Both the position numbers and the translations under genes were made by a program. This document shows positions 1-10,572 of a DNA stretch of 64,000 nt, piece by piece. Position 1 is the first letter of the stretch; each line of letters opens with the position of its first letter. Location: assembly GCA_016930075.1 (NCBI GenBank), contig JAFGHS010000050.1, positions 32,872 through 96,871 of the forward strand, read 5' to 3'. Source of the stretch: Deltaproteobacteria bacterium. Lineage in GTDB: Bacteria; Desulfobacterota; Syntrophia; Syntrophales; JAFGHS01. The notes below the pieces were generated by a model that was not told the DNA's origin, did no database searches, and worked only from the letters and a program-made list of their open reading frames with translations.

Positions 1-261
1 CACGACATGAACCGCTTTCTGTTCGAAAGCGGAAACGACAAGGACAAACTCAAAGCCGCCGCATATCTGCAGTTTTCCCTGGAACAGCCTCCCGTTATTT
101 ATTATGGAACGGAGGTCGGGATGACCCATGAATCTCCGGTGAGCGTCGGCATTCCGCATTCGGATCTCCAGGCCAGGCAGCCGATGCTCTGGAGCAGGCA
201 GGACAAGGGGCTTCTTTCATTTTACAAGATATTGATCCATCGGAGAAAACAAGTCCATTGA
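1..261 (+). CDS. Alpha-amylase family (GH13) glycosidase, C-terminal part (runs off window start)
   Basis: HDMNRF and P-VIYYGTEVGM...RQPMLW motifs typical of the C-terminal part of the GH13 catalytic domain. Confidence 0.8.
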   Translation, partial: HDMNRFLFESGNDKDKLKAAAYLQFSLEQPPVIYYGTEVGMTHESPVSVGIPHSDLQARQPMLWSRQDKGLLSFYKILIHRRKQVH

Positions 262-308
262 GTCTTCATGAAGAGCTGAAATATTCTGAACAAAGGAGCA
301 ACACATAG

Positions 309-558
309 GTGTCGATACTTTTTTCACCATTTAAATTGAGTGATCCTGGGCTGCAAAACCGTTTTGTTTTTTCCACCCGTGAAGACAATCTTGCCGCCGA
401 TCGGGGGTGGGTGATAAAGAAGAATCGTGAGCAAACTGCGGCGGCCGGGGTCGGTGGCATTCAGCTACATGCGGCCTGCATCAGTTGCAACCGGTGTTTT
501 TTGCATCGGCCTATGATCTTCCCGTCCGCTGTTATGGCAAGGGCCTGCCTGTCTAATA
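309..558 (+). pseudogene. Internally deleted remnant of an NADH:flavin oxidoreductase (Old Yellow Enzyme family)
   Basis: N-terminus SILFSPFKL...LQNRFVFS, central AAGVGGIQLHAA and C-terminal CISCNRCF motifs within ~80 codons (full enzyme ~370 aa); RBS AAGGAG upstream. Confidence 0.7.
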
Positions 559-560
559 AC

Positions 561-599
561 AAAAGGGGACGTTTTGCATTGAGCACTCCGTCCCCTTTT
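561..599. terminator. Bidirectional intrinsic terminator
   Basis: AAAAGGGGACG...CGTCCCCTTTT hairpin between convergent genes. Confidence 0.7.
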
Positions 600-619
600 C
601 ATTGAGATCCTTTTTCTGA

Positions 620-1828
620 TTATCGTTGCAGATTTTCGATAACCGTGGCAACACCCAATCCGCCGCCGCAGCAGGAGCTGAAGAATCCGTATCTTCCGCC
701 CTTCCGGATCAGGTGGCGCATGGTGAACATACAGATTCTGGAGCCGGATGCGCCGTTGGGATGGCCGTAGGAAATAGCGCCTCCCATGGGGTTCCATTTT
801 TCACGATCCACTTTTTCACCCATCTGTTTTTCCAGTTCTTTGATGACCGCCAGGTTCTGCACGGCAAAGGCCTCGTTGCATTCCATGTGATCGAAATCGG
901 ACAGCTTCAAGCCCGCGCGCCTGATGGCGAGGGGCAGGGCATAGGCCGGGGCGATGCCCATAATCGTGGGATCGACGCCGTAGTCGCCGCCGGAGATCCA
1001 TTTTGCCATGGGGGTATAGCCCAGTTCCAGGGCCTTTTCTTTGCTCATCATCAGGACAAAAGCGGCGCCGTCGTTCTGTCCGGAAGAATTTCCCGCCGTA
1101 ACCGTTCCGCCCTCTTTAAATGCTGGCGGAAGCTTGGCCATACCTTCCAGTGTGCTTTCGGGCCGGGGATGTTCGTCCTTATCGAAGATGATATCCGGGG
1201 TTTTCCTGCTTCCCTTAATGATTACGGGAACGATTTCATCCTTGAAATAATTATTATCCATCGCCATCTTCGTTCTCATCTGGCTGTCGTAGGCAAATTT
1301 GTCGGCATCTTCCCTGGGGATGTTGTACATGACCTGCAGCTTTTCCGCCGTGAGTCCCATGCCGAGGTTTTCTTCTTCAACGGGGGACAGCATGCGGGTG
1401 ATGGGGGTCGGTGGAATCAGCTTGTAGGGTTGAACGGACATGGAAAATTTTGCGGGCATCTGGCTGTAAGATTCCATGCCGCCGGCAATGATAATGTCCG
1501 CATGGTTGCAGAGTATTTTCCAGGCCGCGTGGTTGATGGAATCGATAGCCGAGCCGCACTGCATTTCAATATAGGACGCCGACGTTGAATGGGGCAATCC
1601 TGCGTCGAGCGCTGCCCATCGGGCAGGGTTCAAGGTGTGGGAACAATGAGCCGCTGATCCGGCAAACACGCAATCCACATGGGCCTTTTCTGCGATCTTT
1701 GTTTTATCAAGCAGGCCTTTCAGTGCGATACTGGCGAGCTTTGAACAAAAAATGTCTCGCAGGGTTCCACCCAGTCTGCCAAAGGGGGTTCGCATACCGT
1801 CTACAAATACTACTTCTCTTTCTGCCAT
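620..1828 (-). CDS. Thiolase (acetyl-CoA C-acyltransferase)
   Basis: [23 protein letters not shown] and CCGGG motifs; 402 aa. Confidence 0.95.
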   Translation of the reverse strand: MAEREVVFVDGMRTPFGRLGGTLRDIFCSKLASIALKGLLDKTKIAEKAHVDCVFAGSAAHCSHTLNPARWAALDAGLPHSTSASYIEMQCGSAIDSINHAAWKILCNHADIIIAGGMESYSQMPAKFSMSVQPYKLIPPTPITRMLSPVEEENLGMGLTAEKLQVMYNIPREDADKFAYDSQMRTKMAMDNNYFKDEIVPVIIKGSRKTPDIIFDKDEHPRPESTLEGMAKLPPAFKEGGTVTAGNSSGQNDGAAFVLMMSKEKALELGYTPMAKWISGGDYGVDPTIMGIAPAYALPLAIRRAGLKLSDFDHMECNEAFAVQNLAVIKELEKQMGEKVDREKWNPMGGAISYGHPNGASGSRICMFTMRHLIRKGGRYGFFSSCCGGGLGVATVIENLQR

Positions 1829-2159
1829 AATGCCTCCTAAATTGATTTTATTTGTTGTCGCTCATGTTGATGTGAAAACAGGGTGCAAACCGGGAATCCT
1901 GGGAATGTGCATCGATGCCGTGAGCAGCGCCGGAGTTGAAAAATGGATAGAGACCTGAAACGATCCGCTATAATTCATGGTCACCACTTACAACTCCCTT
2001 GTTCCTACTACACCTGTTTTCATGCCTCTTGGGCCCCACGGGGTCAAGGGGATTACTTCAAAAGCGCAAAGCATCCTATATCAAATTATGAAAAAATACG
2101 AAATGATAAAAAATCAGTTTATTATACTGAAGGTCTCAAGGGTTTAAGGATGCAGTTCT

Positions 2160-3146
2160 TCAGGATTTGACGCCTTTGTAAATAAAACGTTCCAATAACC
2201 GGTGAAAGGGGGTCCATTCGGAATCGCCTGCCGGGGCGTATTCCTGGAATGCATTGACTTTGGCGTCCATGTCGTCGATGTGATGAACGATGAGGGCTTC
2301 CAGTGTCTTGGGTCGTTTGGGAGAGCCGAACTCCAGCTCGCCGTGGTGGCTCAGGATCAGATGGCGAAGTTCCATGGCCGTCTGTTCGGGGAAATCTTTG
2401 ATGGCGGCTATTCCGGCGTTCACCATTTCCATGCCGATGATGATATGTCCGATCAGCCTTCCTTCATCGGTGTAGTCATAGACGCCGTCAAAGGAGAGCT
2501 CGTGAATTTTGCCGATATCGTGGAGGATGCCGCCGGCAATGAGAAGGTCATGGTTTACGCCCTGATAATGACCTGCCGCGAATTTGAGGAGGCGCGTTAC
2601 GGAAAGGGTGTGTTCGAGAAGGCCGCCGATGTAGACATGGTGAAAGCCTTTTGCGGCGGGCGCCTGTTTGAACAACGCCGCTGTCTCATCGTTCTGCAAA
2701 AACGCCGAGACAAGTTCCTTCAGGCAGGGCGATTCCATTTTATCGACAAACTCAAGAATCTCCGCATACATGGTTTCAATATCATATTTTGACGATGGGA
2801 AATAATCGGCCGGATCGATTTCTTCCGGGTTCGCCTGCTTCATCGCAAGCACCGAAAGCTGCAGGGCGCTTTTATAGCTGACGGCCCGTGCCGTAATCTG
2901 GATGATGTCGCCTTTTTTGCAGACGTCGTTGAATTCCAGGGCGTTTTCCCAGACCTTGCCGTCCACTTCGCCGGTTTTGTCCTTGAGACGGAGGTTGAGG
3001 TAGGGAGCGCCTTTTTGGCTGAAAGCCAGATTTTTTTCCGTAAGCAGAAATCCGGTGCTGATCTTTTCGCCTGCCTTGATGTCTCTGATGTAAATGTTTT
3101 TTGTTTTCAAATGGTCACCCCGTTTCTGATGCGTGTAAATATTCAT
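2160..3146 (-). CDS. yhaM: OB-fold + HD-domain 3'-5' exoribonuclease (YhaM/Cbf1 family)
   Basis: N-terminal OB fold, PAAKGFHH, GGLLEHT, LHDIGK, HHG, DDMDAK; RBS GGAGG before ATG. Confidence 0.88.
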   Translation of the reverse strand: MNIYTHQKRGDHLKTKNIYIRDIKAGEKISTGFLLTEKNLAFSQKGAPYLNLRLKDKTGEVDGKVWENALEFNDVCKKGDIIQITARAVSYKSALQLSVLAMKQANPEEIDPADYFPSSKYDIETMYAEILEFVDKMESPCLKELVSAFLQNDETAALFKQAPAAKGFHHVYIGGLLEHTLSVTRLLKFAAGHYQGVNHDLLIAGGILHDIGKIHELSFDGVYDYTDEGRLIGHIIIGMEMVNAGIAAIKDFPEQTAMELRHLILSHHGELEFGSPKRPKTLEALIVHHIDDMDAKVNAFQEYAPAGDSEWTPFHRLLERFIYKGVKS

Positions 3147-3222
3147 TTTCCTCCCCGGACGCAGCCGATGAGGGTTGTTCCCGCGTCTGTCGATGTGTGA
3201 AGATTTATAGATGCCGCCTTCC

Positions 3223-5133
3223 TTATTTTTCTCTCAGGATCCGTTGATCACCGGCCCTTATGGTCAGCTTCACCATATCGAAATATTCCATCATGGGGAT
3301 AATGAATTTCCGGGACAATCCGGTCAATTCCTTGAAAGTCGCCGGCGTTGCCTTGCCGTCTTTTAAAAGGAGATTTTTATAGCTTTCCCGTAATCCGGAA
3401 AGTATGTCCTTATGTAAATAGATGTCCTCATTGATTTTCACAAGTGTTCCGTCCTTGATCATGACGGTCATCACTTTACTCAATTGATTCTTGCGCTGGG
3501 AGAATTTTTCCTGGACTTCCTTGATCGTGGGCGCCGCAAGCCCCGCGCTGATGTACAGGTCGGCGACCAGGGCGCGTATTTCGTCCAGTTCGCCCGACAG
3601 ATCGACGCGGTGAGCCGGCAGACGGACCATTTCCTTTTCCGTGACTATCCTGCTGCTTTTTTCCAGGTCTTTGACCGCCGTGTTGAACAGCTTCGGATTG
3701 ATATAATCGCCGAGAACATTTCTCAATTCCTCTTTTGGGATGCCTTCTTTCAGCGGAAATTTATCGTGAAACTGTTTTGTTTCATCAAGGATTTTTTTCT
3801 GAAGGGTCTGGTAAATATCTGTTGAAATGATCCTTGATTCTTCGCCTTCCAGAGCCAGGATTTGACCTTTGCCGTTTAATGATTCCAGGATTTTTTTAAC
3901 GTCATGACCGTTTATGCCCGTTCGCACGATGAGATTGGCCGTTGTGATCCCTTCATACCCCGTTCTTTCAATGACAGCCGCCGTTTTTCCCACATTCGGA
4001 CCGTTTTGCAGAAGGGAAAATTCACGCATGATCGCGTCGTCATGCCGTCTGTGCTTGCGGGGGAGGGGATCGATGATAATGCCGCCGCCGATGGTGGTGA
4101 CGGGCGAATAACGCCGGACGACAAACCGGTCTTTCGCGGCGGCAACAATGGGCGATTCGAGGTTGATCTGTGCGTAAGCCTGCTGTCCCGGTTCCAGTTC
4201 ATCCCGGTCGAGCAGAATCAATCGGGCCATGATTTCACTGGTTCCCGCGTGAAAGCGCACGATGGTCCTGTTTTTGATTTTTTTGGCCGCCTCGGGCAGG
4301 TAATCGAAAATAACGTCGAGGCGGCGGGTCGGTTCAAAGGTGCCGACGCCGGCAAGGACATGGCCCCGTTCGATGCTGCTCTTTTCCGTTCCCTGAAGAT
4401 TGATGGCGGTTCGTTGTCCCGCTTCTGCCCTTTCTGCCGGCTGATTGTGGATCTGGATGCCCCGGATCTTGGCGGTGTCCGGGCCGGGTAAAATCTGTAT
4501 GGTGTCTCCCACGTTGATTTGCCCCGACGTCACCGTGCCTGTGACAACGGTTCCGAATCCCTTCATTGTGAAGACCCGGTCCACAGGCAAACGGAAAAGG
4601 CCCGTATCGGATTTTTCTTTTATCTCGGATGATGCCTTGTCCAGGGCCTCAAGAATCTCCGGCAGGCCCGCCCCTGTTGCGGCGGATACGGGGATAATGG
4701 GCGATCCATCCAGGAAGCTTCCTTCGAGAAAAGTATGAATGTCGTCTTTGACCAGTTCCAGCCAGTCCTCATCGACCATATCGATCTTCGTAAGGGCGAC
4801 CAGTCCTTGTTGAATGCCTAAAAGAGAACAGATTTGAAGATGTTCGCGCGTTTGCGGCATAACGCCCTCATCCGCGGCGATGACCATCAGGACGAGATCG
4901 ATGCCCGTAGCGCCGGACACCATGTGCTTGACAAACTTTTCATGGCCCGGCACGTCGATGATGCCCATGGTCATGCCGTTTGGAAGGTGGAGCGAAGCGA
5001 ACCCGAGTTCAATGGTGATGCCCCGCTCTTTTTCCTCTTTGAGCCTGTCCGTATCGATGCCGGTAAGGGCTTTGATCAGGGCGGTCTTGCCGTGATCGAC
5101 ATGCCCCGCCGTTCCTAAAATGATGTGTTTCAT
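3223..5133 (-). CDS. selB: Selenocysteine-specific elongation factor SelB
   Basis: [33 protein letters not shown]-terminal winged helix with [11 protein letters not shown] 5133 (MKHIILG) preferred over 5166. Confidence 0.96.
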   Translation of the reverse strand: MKHIILGTAGHVDHGKTALIKALTGIDTDRLKEEKERGITIELGFASLHLPNGMTMGIIDVPGHEKFVKHMVSGATGIDLVLMVIAADEGVMPQTREHLQICSLLGIQQGLVALTKIDMVDEDWLELVKDDIHTFLEGSFLDGSPIIPVSAATGAGLPEILEALDKASSEIKEKSDTGLFRLPVDRVFTMKGFGTVVTGTVTSGQINVGDTIQILPGPDTAKIRGIQIHNQPAERAEAGQRTAINLQGTEKSSIERGHVLAGVGTFEPTRRLDVIFDYLPEAAKKIKNRTIVRFHAGTSEIMARLILLDRDELEPGQQAYAQINLESPIVAAAKDRFVVRRYSPVTTIGGGIIIDPLPRKHRRHDDAIMREFSLLQNGPNVGKTAAVIERTGYEGITTANLIVRTGINGHDVKKILESLNGKGQILALEGEESRIISTDIYQTLQKKILDETKQFHDKFPLKEGIPKEELRNVLGDYINPKLFNTAVKDLEKSSRIVTEKEMVRLPAHRVDLSGELDEIRALVADLYISAGLAAPTIKEVQEKFSQRKNQLSKVMTVMIKDGTLVKINEDIYLHKDILSGLRESYKNLLLKDGKATPATFKELTGLSRKFIIPMMEYFDMVKLTIRAGDQRILREK

Positions 5134-5263
5134 GGCAGTCCCATAACAAACTCGCGGGGTTTTCACAACAGCAAAAGCAGAAAGGGCTTTATTTTGTAAT
5201 TATAATGTTGATATAATCGGTCAAAATTGGTAGAAAGCTCAACTTTGCCTGAGGAAACGCCCA

Positions 5264-5692
5264 ATGAGGATACTGGGGCTCGATTATGGAGATAAGCGCA
5301 TCGGGGTGGCCGTCTCCGATGAACTGGGCTATACAGCCCAGGGTCATTCGACTATTGTGAGAAAAAATCGCCGTCACGATCTGGTAAGGATTGCAGAATT
5401 GGCGGCTAATTACAGTGTCGATGCCATTGTAATCGGCTATCCCGTCCGGCTTGACGGAACCGAAGGCATACAGTGCGAGAAGGTTGATCGTTTCATCGGT
5501 CATCTTGAAGCTTACGTTCAGAAGCCCATTGTCAAATGGGATGAAACGCTGACGACCAAAACGGCGGAGGACATTCTCATTGCCGCCAATATGCGGCGGG
5601 AAAAGAGGAAGAACGTCATCGATAAACTGGCCGCCACGCTGATCCTTCAAGATTATCTCGACCATGCGAAAGATATGAAGAAACGGTCATAG
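5264..5692 (+). CDS. ruvX: Holliday junction resolvase-like / pre-16S rRNA nuclease RuvX (YqgF)
   Basis: MRILGLDYGDKRIGVAVSD, WDE.LTT, IDKLAATLILQ. Confidence 0.95.
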   Translation: MRILGLDYGDKRIGVAVSDELGYTAQGHSTIVRKNRRHDLVRIAELAANYSVDAIVIGYPVRLDGTEGIQCEKVDRFIGHLEAYVQKPIVKWDETLTTKTAEDILIAANMRREKRKNVIDKLAATLILQDYLDHAKDMKKRS

Positions 5693-5714
5693 TCGGTAAC
5701 TTGGATATGAAATA

Positions 5715-6740
5715 ATGAAAAGAAAAGGGATTCTATCTTTAAGTATAAAAAAAATAGTTTTCATTGCCGCTGCTGTTTCCTGTTTGTTCGTCTTGACCAT
5801 TCTCATTTACGCCCATACGCCCATCGACGATCGCCGCATTGTTTCACTGGTCGAAATTCCCAAAGGCGCCAGTTTTGTTAAAATCGTCGACATTCTCGAT
5901 CAGAAGGGGCTTGTAGAAATCAAACCGATTTTTTATGTGCTTGCCATCGTAAAAGGTGCGGCAAGGCAGATACGCGCCGGTGAGTATGAATTCGTCAGCA
6001 CCATGACGCCGGACCATATCATTGACAGGCTGGTTCGGGGGGAAATCAAAAAATATAAAGTGATCATTCGGGAAGATTTGACGTTTCGCGACATAGCCGC
6101 CATACTCTCTGCCGACGAATATAAACTGGTGAGCGAAGAAGCCTTTCACGCGGCCGCGTCCGATCCCGTGTTGCTGGCGTCTCTCGGTATTACGGCGGCC
6201 ACGGCGGAGGGTTACCTTTTTCCCGAAACGTATTTTTTTGATCATACCATGAACGCGAGAGACATCATCACGACCATGGTTCATCAATTTCGTAAAAAAG
6301 TAGCGCCGGAGATGATTAAAAAAGCCGAGAAGCTTGGCTTGACGGAAATTGAACTCATTACGCTTGCCTCGCTTATCGGCAAGGAATCAGGCAACAAGCA
6401 GGAAAAAGTAATCATCTCCGCTGTTTTTCACAATCGATTAAAAAAGGGGATGAAACTGCAATCCGATCCGACGGCGATTTATGATCTGTGGAACTTTTCC
6501 GGAGGCATCAAAAGGAGCCATCTGAAAAGGAAATCGCCTTACAATACTTATGTTATAGATAGGTTGCCCCCCGGGCCGATTGCCAATCCCGGGATCGATT
6601 CCCTGGAGGCTGCCGTCAATCCTGCCCCGGTTCCGTATCTCTATTTTGTTTCTCAAAACGACGGAACTCACTATTTTTCTTCTAATCTCTCCGATCACAA
6701 CGAAGCGGCATTAAAATTTCAAATGGCCAAGCAAAAATAG
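5715..6740 (+). CDS. mltG: Endolytic transglycosylase MltG (YceG)
   Basis: N-terminal TM segment, EGYLFPETY, LQSDPT, SPYNTY, LPPGPIANPG. Confidence 0.94.
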   Translation: MKRKGILSLSIKKIVFIAAAVSCLFVLTILIYAHTPIDDRRIVSLVEIPKGASFVKIVDILDQKGLVEIKPIFYVLAIVKGAARQIRAGEYEFVSTMTPDHIIDRLVRGEIKKYKVIIREDLTFRDIAAILSADEYKLVSEEAFHAAASDPVLLASLGITAATAEGYLFPETYFFDHTMNARDIITTMVHQFRKKVAPEMIKKAEKLGLTEIELITLASLIGKESGNKQEKVIISAVFHNRLKKGMKLQSDPTAIYDLWNFSGGIKRSHLKRKSPYNTYVIDRLPPGPIANPGIDSLEAAVNPAPVPYLYFVSQNDGTHYFSSNLSDHNEAALKFQMAKQK

Positions 6741-6761
6741 TAAAATTTCGTAAAATTTTCC

Positions 6762-6790
6762 TTGACAAACGCCATATCGCTCTTTATAGT
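6762..6790 (+). promoter_or_regulatory. Sigma70 promoter of the dcw operon
   Basis: TTGACA (6762-6767), 17-bp spacer, TATAGT (6785-6790). Confidence 0.85.
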
Positions 6791-6797
6791 CCGAATC

Positions 6798-6823
6798 GTG
6801 GAGCAAAGTGGATGTTTGTGGAG
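6798..6823 (+). promoter_or_regulatory. MraZ operator: three GTGGA(G/T) boxes at 10-bp period
   Basis: GTGGAG-caaa-GTGGAT-gttt-GTGGAG directly downstream of the -10, upstream of mraZ. Confidence 0.85.
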
Positions 6824-6834
6824 GGAAAAATCAA

Positions 6835-7281
6835 GTGTCTGTTTTTCGTGGTCAATATCATCATACAATCGACGAAAAGGGAAGGATTATTTTCCCCGCG
6901 AAGCTTCGCGAAGTATTCAACGAGAAGTATGACAACAGACTGGTCATCACGACCTGGGACGGCTATCTTATGGTCTTCCCGTTCGAGGAATGGCGCATCA
7001 TTGAAGAGAAGTTTTCCCACCAGTCCATCATAAAAAAACAAGTCAGAAAGTTTCAACGCTATTTTTTATCCCCAGCTTGCGATTGCACGATCGATTCCCA
7101 GGGCAGGGTGCTCATTCCGCCGAATCTCCGGGAATACGCGAAACTTGAAAAGGACATCGTCCTGGCAGGGATGACGAAAAACATAGAAATATGGTCCAAG
7201 GATCGTTTTGTTCAGGATATGGCATCTTCCGAAGGCGATCTGGATAGTTTCGGAGATTACATGGCCGATTTGGGCATCTAG
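6835..7281 (+). CDS. mraZ: Division/cell wall cluster transcriptional repressor MraZ
   Basis: FRGQY..TIDEKGR and DSQGRVLIP repeats; GTG at 6835 follows GGAGG. Confidence 0.96.
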   Translation: MSVFRGQYHHTIDEKGRIIFPAKLREVFNEKYDNRLVITTWDGYLMVFPFEEWRIIEEKFSHQSIIKKQVRKFQRYFLSPACDCTIDSQGRVLIPPNLREYAKLEKDIVLAGMTKNIEIWSKDRFVQDMASSEGDLDSFGDYMADLGI

Positions 7282-7295
7282 CGGAGGCCTGTGAC

Positions 7296-8231
7296 ATGCC
7301 GTTTTACCATATGCCGGTCATGCCGAAAGAGGTGGCAGAGGCCATGAGGTTGAAGCCCGGCGGCATTTACGTTGACGGTACCGTGGGCGGCGGCGGGCAT
7401 GCTCTTGACATACTGGAAAGGATTGCACCGGACGGCGTGCTGATCGGCATCGATCTGGACGATGAAGCTCTGGCGTCGTCAGCGGAACGCTTGAAGCCTT
7501 TCGGCACGCGGAAGATATTGGTGAAGGGGAACTTCGCCGACATTGATGCCATCTTGGGAGGGTTAGGCATAACACAGGTTGACGGCATCCTCTTCGATTT
7601 GGGGGTTTCTTCCCATCAACTGGATACGGCCGACAGGGGTTTCAGCTTTTCCCTCGATGCACGCTTGGATATGCGAATGGATCGAAACGGCCGGTTAAAT
7701 GCTTATGATCTCGTCAATACGTTGCCTCCTCACGATCTGGAGAAGATCATCAGGGAATACGGCGAGGAAATGATGGCAGGAAGAATCGCAAAGGCTGTTG
7801 CACAAAGGAGAAAAACAGCGCCTATTCAAACGACGGCGGAATTGGCGAACCTTGTCTTTCAGGTTTCCCCGCCTGCTATAAGGCGTAAAAGAATTCATCC
7901 GGCGACCAAAACGTTTCAGGCCATCCGCATTGCCGTAAATGACGAACTCCTGAGCCTCCACAAAGGGATTAATCAGGGCATCGATGTCCTGAAGCAAGGC
8001 GGCAGATTTTCCATCATTTCGTTCCATTCCCTGGAAGATCGCATGGTGAAAGATGCTTTTCGATCCTGGGAAAAGGGCTGCATCTGTCCGCCGGGATTTC
8101 CTTTTTGTACATGCAACCGGAAGCCGAAACTAAGGATTGTAAATAAAAAGCCCATCACAGCCGATGACAGGGAGATCGAATCAAACTACCGGTCGCGGAG
8201 CGCCAAGCTCCGAATCGCAGAAAGGGTTTGA
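7296..8231 (+). CDS. rsmH: 16S rRNA m4C1402 methyltransferase
   Basis: HMPVM, DGTVGGGGH, DLGVSSHQLD, FQAIRIAVN, SFHSLEDR, RSRSAKLR. Confidence 0.97.
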   Translation: MPFYHMPVMPKEVAEAMRLKPGGIYVDGTVGGGGHALDILERIAPDGVLIGIDLDDEALASSAERLKPFGTRKILVKGNFADIDAILGGLGITQVDGILFDLGVSSHQLDTADRGFSFSLDARLDMRMDRNGRLNAYDLVNTLPPHDLEKIIREYGEEMMAGRIAKAVAQRRKTAPIQTTAELANLVFQVSPPAIRRKRIHPATKTFQAIRIAVNDELLSLHKGINQGIDVLKQGGRFSIISFHSLEDRMVKDAFRSWEKGCICPPGFPFCTCNRKPKLRIVNKKPITADDREIESNYRSRSAKLRIAERV

Positions 8232-8234
8232 TGT

Positions 8235-8549
8235 ATGACGGCAACAGAAACAACAACGCCGGATGCAAAAAACAGCGGGGATACAAATATCCGGTATTCG
8301 ACATTCATTATCTTTTCACTGCTGCTCATGGCGGTGGTGCTTCTTTATGTATGGTGTCATCTTCATATGAGGCAGTTGGAATACAGGGTCGCAGAAGAAA
8401 TGGGTATGCAGGAAAGGTTGCTGGAAGAGCAGAAAAGGCTGAAGGTCGAATATGCCACCTTGAAGTCGCCTCAGCGTATTGAAGCCATAGCACGCGATAA
8501 ATTGCAGATGTCCTATCCCGAGCGGGAACAGGTCGTCATTCTGAAATAG
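8235..8549 (+). CDS. ftsL: Cell division protein FtsL
   Basis: Single TM segment plus coiled coil, L.SP.RIEAIA; position between rsmH and ftsI. Confidence 0.9.
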   Translation: MTATETTTPDAKNSGDTNIRYSTFIIFSLLLMAVVLLYVWCHLHMRQLEYRVAEEMGMQERLLEEQKRLKVEYATLKSPQRIEAIARDKLQMSYPEREQVVILK

Positions 8550-8562
8550 CAGGTGCGACGAA

Positions 8563-10563
8563 ATGAACGGCACAGCGGCGAAATGGTTAAAATTTAGGAT
8601 TGTCACCCTCCTGGTGTTTTTTCTGGTTCTCTATATTGCCCTCGTTTCAAGGGCACTGCATCTCCAGGTCCTTTCCAACGAAACGCTGAAGAACCTTGCG
8701 GACCGGCAACATGTGCAAACATTGCAGGTTTCCTCGGAGCGGGGCGTGATATTTGACCGCAACGGGGAAAAAATGGCGGCAAGCGTCATGGCGGACTCCG
8801 TGTGCGCCGATCCGACAAAAATCCGCCGTCCTGCCGATGCGGCCGGGAAATTATCGGGGATTCTGAATCTCGACAAGGGCGTCATCCATAAAAAACTTTC
8901 TGCCAATAAAAGTTTCTGCTGGCTTGCCAGAAGAATTTCGCCGGATCAGGCCGCCGGCATCACTGATCTTAAAATAGCCGGCATCTTTGTCGTCAAGGAA
9001 CCGAAACGGTTTTATCCCAACCGTGAATTGGCAGGCCGTCTCATCGGTTTTGTCGGCATGGATTCCACGGGGCTGGAAGGTTTGGAACTCAAGTATGAAG
9101 ATTATCTGAAAGGGGCGCCGGATAAACTGATCTGGACAAGGGATGCCAAAGGGAAAAAGTTATATCCCCGGTTGGAAGATTCGGCAGTCCATAAGCGGGA
9201 CAATTATAATCTCATTTTAACCATTGACAGCCGCATACAGCATGTTGTCGAGGTGAACCTGCGGGAAGCGATCAGGGACAAAGGCGCCAAGGGCGGGTTT
9301 GCCGTCGTCATGGATCCCAAAACCGGCGAAATATTGGCCCTGGCCGATGAGCCGGGTTTTGATCCCAATAATTTTGCTAGTTACGCCAACGGGAAAAGCA
9401 AAATTAAACCTATTACGGACTGCTTTGATCCCGGGTCGACATTCAAGCCGTTTCTGGCCGCTGCCGCACTGGAAGAGAACATTGCCAAGGAGACGACCCG
9501 TTTTTATTGCGAGGATGGAAACTATCGGATTGCCGACCGGGTCATCCGTGAAGCAAATAGGAAAAGACACGGCGCCCTGACTTTTCATGACATCCTCAAA
9601 TACTCGAGCAACATCGGTTCGGTGAAAATCTTTGAAAAACTCGGGAAGGAAAAATTTTATCATTACATTACCCGGTTTGGCTTCGGTCAGAAGACGGGCA
9701 TCGATCTGCCCGGCGAGTCGTCAGGGCTTCTCCGGCCGCATGAGAAGTGGACAAGGGTCGACGGTTCGACGATTGCCTTCGGGCAGGGTATATCCGTTAC
9801 GGCGATTCAGTTGATTACCGCTTTATCGGCCATTGCCAATGAGGGTATGTTGATGAAGCCCTATATTGTCAGAGGTCTTGTCGATAAAAACGGGAAAGTC
9901 CTCCAACTGATGAAGCCTACTCCGGTCAGGCAGGTGATTTCCGCCAAAACGGCAAAGAGGATGGCGTCTATTCTGACCGATGTCGTCGGCGAGGAAGATG
10001 GGACGGGTAAAAAAGCGCGCATCGACCATGTTGCCGTTGCCGGCAAGACGGGTACATCCCAGAAATTCGATTTCAGCCGCCGCGTCTATTCATCGGAAAG
10101 AGTCCGGACGTCTTTCATGGGCTTCTTTCCTGCCGATAATCCGCAGATCGTCATGCTGATCACCCTCGATGAGCCGCTGCGTGACAAGTGGGGAGGCATG
10201 GCGGCAGCGCCGGTTTTTAAAAATATCGGCGAACAGATACTGACCCGTTTTAAGACCGACATTCGAGGCAATTCCCCGTCCGTCATTGAGGAAGAAAAGA
10301 TCGCCCCCAACCCTGCAGGCATAAGGCTCGTATCGGCTAATTCCATTATTAATGATTCCGATGCCGATGCGGGTGGGAGCGGAGAACCGGTTATGCCCAA
10401 TTTCCGGGGGCTGACGATCCGGGAGACCTTAAAAAAATCACGGCAAATGGGCATTGAGATTAAGGCCGTCGGCAGCGGCTGGGCGGTGAGTCAAAGCCCG
10501 GAGCCCGGCGTATTGCTGAGGGATCACAAGATATGCACCGTATCATTCCATACAGGTCAGTGA
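8563..10563 (+). CDS. ftsI: Penicillin-binding protein 3 (FtsI) with C-terminal PASTA domain
   Basis: PGSTFK (SxxK), SSN (SxN), KTGT; PASTA-like MPNFRGLT. Confidence 0.95.
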   Translation: MNGTAAKWLKFRIVTLLVFFLVLYIALVSRALHLQVLSNETLKNLADRQHVQTLQVSSERGVIFDRNGEKMAASVMADSVCADPTKIRRPADAAGKLSGILNLDKGVIHKKLSANKSFCWLARRISPDQAAGITDLKIAGIFVVKEPKRFYPNRELAGRLIGFVGMDSTGLEGLELKYEDYLKGAPDKLIWTRDAKGKKLYPRLEDSAVHKRDNYNLILTIDSRIQHVVEVNLREAIRDKGAKGGFAVVMDPKTGEILALADEPGFDPNNFASYANGKSKIKPITDCFDPGSTFKPFLAAAALEENIAKETTRFYCEDGNYRIADRVIREANRKRHGALTFHDILKYSSNIGSVKIFEKLGKEKFYHYITRFGFGQKTGIDLPGESSGLLRPHEKWTRVDGSTIAFGQGISVTAIQLITALSAIANEGMLMKPYIVRGLVDKNGKVLQLMKPTPVRQVISAKTAKRMASILTDVVGEEDGTGKKARIDHVAVAGKTGTSQKFDFSRRVYSSERVRTSFMGFFPADNPQIVMLITLDEPLRDKWGGMAAAPVFKNIGEQILTRFKTDIRGNSPSVIEEEKIAPNPAGIRLVSANSIINDSDADAGGSGEPVMPNFRGLTIRETLKKSRQMGIEIKAVGSGWAVSQSPEPGVLLRDHKICTVSFHTGQ

Positions 10564-10572
10564 TGATAAAAA

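Noticed and set aside
3150..3222. SECIS-like autoregulatory hairpin downstream of selB
   Set aside because: Only a short imperfect stem; cannot be supported without a covariance search.
6372..6389. MltG motif IGKE instead of IEKE as an inactive enzyme
   Set aside because: The second Glu, the likely catalytic residue, is retained and the other motifs are intact.
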